Source: Bacteroidota bacterium
Lineage (GTDB): Bacteria > Bacteroidota > Bacteroidia > CAILMK01 > JAAYUY01
Length of the DNA stretch: 64,000 bases
Direction: 5' to 3'
Assembly (NCBI GenBank): GCA_018698135.1
Contig: JABINZ010000274.1
Span: 7,686 to 71,685, forward strand
This document shows positions 58,762 to 64,000 of this stretch, one piece after another. The notes beneath the pieces were generated by a model that did not search any database, was not told the origin of the DNA, and saw only the letters and a list, made by a program, of their open reading frames with translations. How positions within the stretch are numbered: position 1 is the first letter of the stretch; each line of letters starts with the position of its first letter. The position numbers and the translations under genes are program-made.

Positions 58762-59973
58762 ATGAAGTATATTTTGATTTTATTGTTTTTAGTAAGTGGA
58801 AACTGTTTTGCACAAACGGACAGTAGTTTAGTGAACGACTTATTACAAAATGATAGTCCAATTTTCTTCCCAAATACATTATCAACCCATCCTCTTGGTA
58901 TTCTCATGTCAAGGATGAATCATAATTTCCAGCTGAAACCACCCATGAAAAAATCATTTTTCGTATATATATCAAATGGGAATGTGTGGTTGCCTCAAGT
59001 TAAAGGTTATATGCCGTTGAATGAATCCGACAAAAAAAATCTAGCAGCTTATGTTTGGCACAAGAGACATTGGCATTTCGATGAACTAAACTCTCCATCA
59101 AAATTTATTGAACTACATGCAGATGCAATCATCAGGCTTTATCAAATTAGACTGGATATTCCGATTTCTCAAAAGCAAGAATTAAAAATAAATACCCGTT
59201 TTTTTTCATTAGATGCAGGAAAGTTCCCTCTATCTTTTGTCACTAATGATGCTTTTATTGAATGGATTCACTCAAATATTGCAAATGACGATGATTGCTT
59301 TGCACGAAAATGCTATGGCTTAAATAAAACACGAATTAGCTATACAGATCAATTTGGCAAAACAATGATTTTAGGTAGAGGTAATCAGTTATTTTCTGGA
59401 ATCGAATTCTCTTACTTCTATTATCCAAACATAAAATCACTCAATGAAAAAAACATACATCTAACAATTGGATTGCAATCGGGATTTAACATCAATGAAA
59501 TTAACCCATCAATGGATTTCGGCATTAATGCAAGTATCAATAAACAATTCCTGTTTAAAAAGCATGACAAAATACAAATTGGATTAAGTGCTGGAGCTTT
59601 ACAGCAAAAAGTCCTCATGTTTAGGCCAGGAATTGAACTTAGCAGCAATCCATATTTATATAGCGCTGAACTACTATTTTGTTATCAAAAACAAATGAAT
59701 AGAAATTGGAATTTTGCCATAGGTACAACATACTTTAAGCAAAGTGCATATAATAATATAGACGACTTTAATTCGATGGTGATGAAGGGTGAAAAAATAA
59801 GCAGTCATTGGCACTATTCTATTTCTCACTTATTTAAAACCTTAACATGCAATAACTTTTTCATCTCCATGTCTAAAGGAAAATATTCGTTTTCAGCTTA
59901 TTTACGAGAGGATTTCCGTGTTGATAATGCACCCGATATTCAAACAGGTTTGGGGTTTAATTTGATTTATTGA
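58762..59973 (+). CDS. Hypothetical exported protein, possibly an outer-membrane beta-barrel
   Basis: Signal peptide MKYILILLFLVSGNCFAQ. Alternating amphipathic pattern and C-terminal aromatic residues (…GLGFNLIY). Confidence 0.35.
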   Translation: MKYILILLFLVSGNCFAQTDSSLVNDLLQNDSPIFFPNTLSTHPLGILMSRMNHNFQLKPPMKKSFFVYISNGNVWLPQVKGYMPLNESDKKNLAAYVWHKRHWHFDELNSPSKFIELHADAIIRLYQIRLDIPISQKQELKINTRFFSLDAGKFPLSFVTNDAFIEWIHSNIANDDDCFARKCYGLNKTRISYTDQFGKTMILGRGNQLFSGIEFSYFYYPNIKSLNEKNIHLTIGLQSGFNINEINPSMDFGINASINKQFLFKKHDKIQIGLSAGALQQKVLMFRPGIELSSNPYLYSAELLFCYQKQMNRNWNFAIGTTYFKQSAYNNIDDFNSMVMKGEKISSHWHYSISHLFKTLTCNNFFISMSKGKYSFSAYLREDFRVDNAPDIQTGLGFNLIY

Positions 59974-60081
59974 ATCCTAAAGACTTACAGCAAAACTAGG
60001 TGGCATCTCTTATTGTTTTTAGGAGTTCATCAACAATTTACTTTACACTCTAATATATTAATTATATATTCGCACATTAAA

Positions 60082-60094
60082 TGACTGTCAGTCA
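60082..60094. promoter_or_regulatory. Candidate TetR operator (perfect 6-1-6 palindrome TGACTGTCAGTCA)
   Basis: Perfect inverted repeat 24 nt upstream of the TetR-family start codon at 60118, inside an AT-rich leader. Confidence 0.4.
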
Positions 60095-60117
60095 GTTTTG
60101 TAAATATGAAATAAATT

Positions 60118-60762
60118 ATGGGTATAACTGAACGTAAAGTCCGCGATCGAGAACGCAGATTAAATGATATTATTGATGCAGCCGAGAAAGTATTCTTTAA
60201 AAAAGGAGTTGATGCTGCCACCATGGATGATATTGCACATGAAGCTGAGCTAAGCAAAGGAACTCTCTACTTGTATTTTAAAAACAAGGAAGACCTGCAT
60301 TATGCCATTATTATCAGGGGGATGACTATCATGACTGAATTGTTTAAGAAACATTTATCCGAAACAAAAAATGGTCTTCAAAATATAATAAGTATTGGCA
60401 AAGCTTATATTGAATTCTTTGAGAAGCATTACAGTTATTTTCAGGTAATGATGGAGTTTCATGCTACAAAATTTGATAAAATAGCAGATGAAAAGAAAGG
60501 TAAAATACTTGAAAAAGATTCTCCACTTATCATTGTAAGTCAAACAATTCAACAAGGACAAGACGATAAAAGTATTCGACAAGATATCAATCCCAACGCA
60601 CTGACGTTCATACTTTGGTCACAACTTAATGGATTTCTTGAATTTGTTGCCCTGCGTGGGAAACTATTGGATGTTTTTGAACTGGATAAATCTGAAATGA
60701 TTGAAAATCAGTTTAATGTTTTACTAAATGGAATTATTAATAATGAAGCAAATCATGAATAA
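60118..60762 (+). CDS. TetR/AcrR-family transcriptional regulator
   Basis: N-terminal HTH …IIDAAEKVFFKKGVDAATMDDIAHEAELSKGTLYLYFKNKEDL… is the TetR_N signature. Confidence 0.85.
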   Translation: MGITERKVRDRERRLNDIIDAAEKVFFKKGVDAATMDDIAHEAELSKGTLYLYFKNKEDLHYAIIIRGMTIMTELFKKHLSETKNGLQNIISIGKAYIEFFEKHYSYFQVMMEFHATKFDKIADEKKGKILEKDSPLIIVSQTIQQGQDDKSIRQDINPNALTFILWSQLNGFLEFVALRGKLLDVFELDKSEMIENQFNVLLNGIINNEANHE

Positions 60763-62116
60763 ATTACTCCTTTTTAGTCTCTTACTTTTCTGTTTTCAAA
60801 CACATGCGCAAGTACTGGATGAATATGTTGAATATGGCTTGGAAAGCAATCTGGCCATCAAGCAAAAAGAAGCAGATTATAGAAAAAGCTTGTTAGTGCT
60901 AAAGGAAGCAAAAGGCCTCTTCTACCCTACTATAACATTAGATGCACGCTATTCACTTTCTACAGGTGGACGTATTATTGAGTTTCCAATTGGCGATTTA
61001 TTGAACCCTGTTTATGCCAACTTAAACAATTTATATCAGCTCCATGGATTTCCAACTGATCCGCCCATTGTTTTAGACAATGAAGAATTTCCTTTTTACA
61101 GGCCAAAAGAGCAGGAAACAAAAATCAGGTTGATTCAACCACTCTTTAATCCACAGATATATTTCAATCAGAAAATCCAAAACAAACTAAGTGAATCTGC
61201 TCAAATTAGCCTTGACCTATACAAAAAGAATTTGGTAGCAGAAATTAAGATTGCATATTACAATTTTCAAAAAGCAAGTCAATACAAGCTATTGCTGGAA
61301 GATATCAAGTTGCTTTTGAATGAGAATCTTCGTGTTAACGAAAGTTTATACAAAAACGACAAAGTAACTATTGATCATATTTATCGCTCACAGGCTGAAA
61401 TCAGCAAACTTGATCAAGAGTTTTCAGAAGCGGATAAAGGAATACAAATGACCAAAGCCTATTTTAACTTTTTACTCAATAAACCATTGGATTCTGAAAT
61501 AACAAACGAATCAGCATCACAAAATACGGAAGTATTGCCAATGGATCATTTGCAAAAATCAGCATTAAGTACACGAGAAGAATTAACCCAGTTAAATAAA
61601 TACAGTCAAATTCTCAATTACAAACTCAAAATGGATCAATATAATGCAACACCAAACATCATTGCAGTTGTTGATTATGGTTTTCAAGGAGAAAAATATG
61701 CATTTAATAATGAAAGTGATTTTGCTATGGCATCTTTGGTTTTGAGCTGGGATATTTTTAAAGGGTTTCAAAATGCATCTAAAACACAGCAAACAAAAAT
61801 TGATCAGGAAATTTTATCCTTACGAGAAAAAGAATTAAAAGCTCAAATTGAACTGCAGTTAATGAATGCTTATTATGACGTGGAAAGCATCAATAATAAA
61901 CGCACTGCAGCAACTCAAGAATTAATAGCTGCCACTCAAAGTTTCAAAATTATTAACAAGAAGCATAAAGAAGGACTCGTCAGTCTGCTGGAATATCTTG
62001 ATTCACAAAACACCACGAATAGAGCAAGAAAGCAATTGCTTTTGCTTCAATACGATTTACTTATTTCTTTGGTTGAATTGGAAAAAGTGGCTGGAACAAC
62101 AATTATTACAGATTAA
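60728..62116 (+). CDS. TolC-family outer-membrane efflux protein
   Basis: Signal peptide. Two-repeat coiled-coil/beta-barrel organisation typical of OEP/TolC. Overlaps the TetR stop, so the real start may be the Met at 60743 or 60755. Confidence 0.7.
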   Translation: MELLIMKQIMNKLLLFSLLLFCFQTHAQVLDEYVEYGLESNLAIKQKEADYRKSLLVLKEAKGLFYPTITLDARYSLSTGGRIIEFPIGDLLNPVYANLNNLYQLHGFPTDPPIVLDNEEFPFYRPKEQETKIRLIQPLFNPQIYFNQKIQNKLSESAQISLDLYKKNLVAEIKIAYYNFQKASQYKLLLEDIKLLLNENLRVNESLYKNDKVTIDHIYRSQAEISKLDQEFSEADKGIQMTKAYFNFLLNKPLDSEITNESASQNTEVLPMDHLQKSALSTREELTQLNKYSQILNYKLKMDQYNATPNIIAVVDYGFQGEKYAFNNESDFAMASLVLSWDIFKGFQNASKTQQTKIDQEILSLREKELKAQIELQLMNAYYDVESINNKRTAATQELIAATQSFKIINKKHKEGLVSLLEYLDSQNTTNRARKQLLLLQYDLLISLVELEKVAGTTIITD

Positions 62117-62126
62117 TAGAAACACA

Positions 62127-63158
62127 ATGAAAAAATATGCATGTTATATCCCTTTTTTGATAATCTTAATTATCAGTAGCTGTCAACAAAAAGCAGAAGT
62201 GGAAAAAGAAATAGATCCCATAAAAGTCAAAACTGTTACGATTGAAAAAGTGTTTCTGAACAAGAGCATACACAGTAGTGGAAAGGTATATTCGCAAAAA
62301 GAAATAAAACTCAGCTTTAAAACAGGCGGACTTATCCAACATATTTTAGTGAAGGAAGGAGAACCTGTGAACAAAGAACAAGTCCTTGCTAGTCTGAACC
62401 TCTCAGAAATACAAGTACACCATAATCAGGCAAATTTTGCTGTTGAAAAAGCACAGCGAGATTACAATCGGGTAAAAAATCTTTATACAGATAGTGTGGC
62501 AACTTTGGAACAGTTTCAAAATGTAAAAACAGCATTGGATTATGCAAAGACAAATGCACAAATTGCCCAATTTAATTTAAAATATTCCACAATAAAAGCC
62601 CCTGAAAATGGTATAATCCTGAAAAAATTAAACGAAACCAACGAAATTGTAGGACCTGGCTATCCTGTGTTTCTATTCGCGCCAAAAGGTGAGAGCTGGA
62701 TTGTACGAACCAATATCACAGATAAAGACATTGTAAAACTTCAAATTGGCGATTCAGCTCAAATATATGTGGATGCATATCCTAAAATAATATTCACCGC
62801 TCACATTATTGAAATTGCTTCTATGGCTGATCCCTATTCTGGAACATATGAAATTGAACTTGCTATAGATAAAAATGATGCAGAATTACGCTCTGGATTT
62901 ATCGCAAAGATTAATATTTATCCAGCTCAAAAAAAGGAGTTATTTGCGATACCAATTGATGCACTTGTTGAATTAGAGGCTTCAAAAGCAGTATTCATGC
63001 TGATTGAAAATAATACAGTGCGAAAGTCCACACTAGATATCGTTTCCTTCGATGATCAATTTATTTATGTGGAAAAAGGTATAGTTGAAGGCGCTCAAGT
63101 TATAACAGAAGGTTCAACCTATGTGGATGAATCGTCTATTATTGAAATTATTAACTAG
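62127..63158 (+). CDS. Efflux RND transporter periplasmic adaptor subunit (HlyD/MFP family) lipoprotein
   Basis: Start placed at the internal Met (MKKYACYIPFLIILIISSCQQK, lipobox) rather than the ORF-track 61998. Biotin-lipoyl-like and beta-barrel segments (…IKAPENGIILK…) typical of MFP. Confidence 0.75.
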   Translation: MKKYACYIPFLIILIISSCQQKAEVEKEIDPIKVKTVTIEKVFLNKSIHSSGKVYSQKEIKLSFKTGGLIQHILVKEGEPVNKEQVLASLNLSEIQVHHNQANFAVEKAQRDYNRVKNLYTDSVATLEQFQNVKTALDYAKTNAQIAQFNLKYSTIKAPENGIILKKLNETNEIVGPGYPVFLFAPKGESWIVRTNITDKDIVKLQIGDSAQIYVDAYPKIIFTAHIIEIASMADPYSGTYEIELAIDKNDAELRSGFIAKINIYPAQKKELFAIPIDALVELEASKAVFMLIENNTVRKSTLDIVSFDDQFIYVEKGIVEGAQVITEGSTYVDESSIIEIIN

Positions 63159-63165
63159 CAAAATC

Positions 63166-64000
63166 ATGTTGATTCCAAAACTGGCCATAGATAACTATCG
63201 GTTCACCATTTTATTGTTCATTCTATTTACCATTGCCGGCATTAATTCCTATTTATTTATGCCCCGTACTGAAAATCCGGAAATGACCGTACCCGGAGCA
63301 TCAGTATATACTATTTACCCAGGTGCCAATCCAAACGATTTAGAGGAGTTAGTTGCAATTCCCATAGAAGAAACGCTAAATGAATTAGACGATATTATAA
63401 GCATTAATACATTTATTCGAGATGGTGTTACCATCACCAGTGTTGAGTTTGATTTCAATACCAATGCATCAAAAAAATATGATGAAGTTGTTCGTCAAGT
63501 TAATTCGATAAAAAACAAACTTCCTGAAGAAGTATACAGCATTGAAACATTTCGCTGGTCATCTTCCGATGTAGTGATGCTACAATTAGGATTGGTATCT
63601 GAAACAGCATCTTTCAATGCATTGAAGGATGAAGCAGAAAAGTTAAAGAAGGATATTGAGAAGCTTAATGGAGTCAAAAAAACGGAAATCATAGCATCTC
63701 CTGATCAAGAAATCAGAATTTCACTTGATTTTGAAAAAATGGCTCAAATGAATATTTCTATCGACCAGATTTCCAATGCCTTAAAAAGCAATAATGCAAA
63801 TATCCCTGGTGGCAGTATTGATTTGTCCAATAAAAGTTTTGGCATTAAAACGAGTGGAACTTATCAGTATATAGATGAAATAAGAAATACAGTTATCAAT
63901 GCATATATGGGTCAATTAATTTTCCTGAAAAATATTGCTCAAGTAGATTATGCTTACGAAGACAACAATTATTTTGCCCGTTATAATGGTGAAAAATCAA
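63166..64000 (+). CDS. Efflux RND transporter permease subunit (AcrB/HAE1 family), 3' partial
   Basis: Hand translation from ATG 63166 is open to the window end: MLIPKLAIDNYRFTILLFILFTIAGINSYLFMPRTENPEMTVPGASVYTIYPGANPNDLEELVAIPIEETL… matches the conserved RND N-terminus. Not in the ORF track because it has no in-window stop. Confidence 0.75.
   Translation, partial: MLIPKLAIDNYRFTILLFILFTIAGINSYLFMPRTENPEMTVPGASVYTIYPGANPNDLEELVAIPIEETLNELDDIISINTFIRDGVTITSVEFDFNTNASKKYDEVVRQVNSIKNKLPEEVYSIETFRWSSSDVVMLQLGLVSETASFNALKDEAEKLKKDIEKLNGVKKTEIIASPDQEIRISLDFEKMAQMNISIDQISNALKSNNANIPGGSIDLSNKSFGIKTSGTYQYIDEIRNTVINAYMGQLIFLKNIAQVDYAYEDNNYFARYNGEKS

Noticed and set aside
61998-62126. N-terminal extension of the MFP gene overlapping the TolC gene
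   Set aside because: The internal Met at 62127 yields a lipoprotein signal peptide (…IISSC) immediately after the TolC stop. The extension has no features.
1-64000. CRISPR arrays, rRNA genes, integrases, intact prophage or IS elements
   Set aside because: I found no short-period direct repeats with unique spacers, no rRNA-like conserved stretches, and no integrase or recombinase ORF. The only mobile-element trace is the IS5 fragment.

Overview
This is an AT-rich (roughly one-third GC) chromosomal window that looks like a Bacteroidota genome. The evidence is seven proteins ending in type-IX-secretion (T9SS, Por_Secre_tail) C-terminal sorting domains, a candidate Bacteroidetes-type promoter (TTG/TAnnTTTG) upstream of the tRNA, lipoprotein signal peptides, and a LytS/LytTR two-component pair. 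I call about 38 coding regions (two truncated by the window edges), one tRNA-Arg(CCG), an IS5-family transposase fragment, three likely intrinsic terminators, a candidate TetR operator and a candidate promoter. I see no CRISPR array, rRNA or intact mobile element.

Gene content falls into five groups:
- **Giant secreted proteins.** Three multi-kb T9SS cargo proteins: two paralogous parallel-beta-helix/PKD proteins with two versus three N-terminal modules, and one SBBP-propeller protein carrying a tandem PKD-domain array.
- **Housekeeping block.** tnaA-like lyase, maf, UbiA prenyltransferase, TrmH methyltransferase, DnaQ-like exonuclease, purN.
- **Phosphate-acquisition locus.** DUF47/PhoU-like regulator, a PiT transporter and an OprO/P-like porin. 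The PiT gene is fused in-frame to a transmembrane/coiled-coil/LuxR-HTH module.
- **CYTH cluster.** A minus-strand cluster of two tandem paralogous uncharacterised genes, a canonical CYTH (triphosphate-tunnel) gene and an SLC13-type anion transporter.
- **Others.** A LytS/LytTR operon co-oriented with two T9SS cargo genes (DUF1566 protein and aryl-sulfate sulfotransferase), a secreted TPR-caspase protein beside the IS5 remnant, a TLC/MFS-HEAT-cNMP-binding membrane protein, and a TetR-TolC-MFP-RND efflux operon.

The candidates I think most worth a second look are the CYTH-superfamily cluster, the PiT-LuxR fusion, the glutathione-peroxidase-T9SS fusion and the TLC/MFS-HEAT-cNMP protein. Every functional call rests on motif recognition by eye; I could not run database searches.
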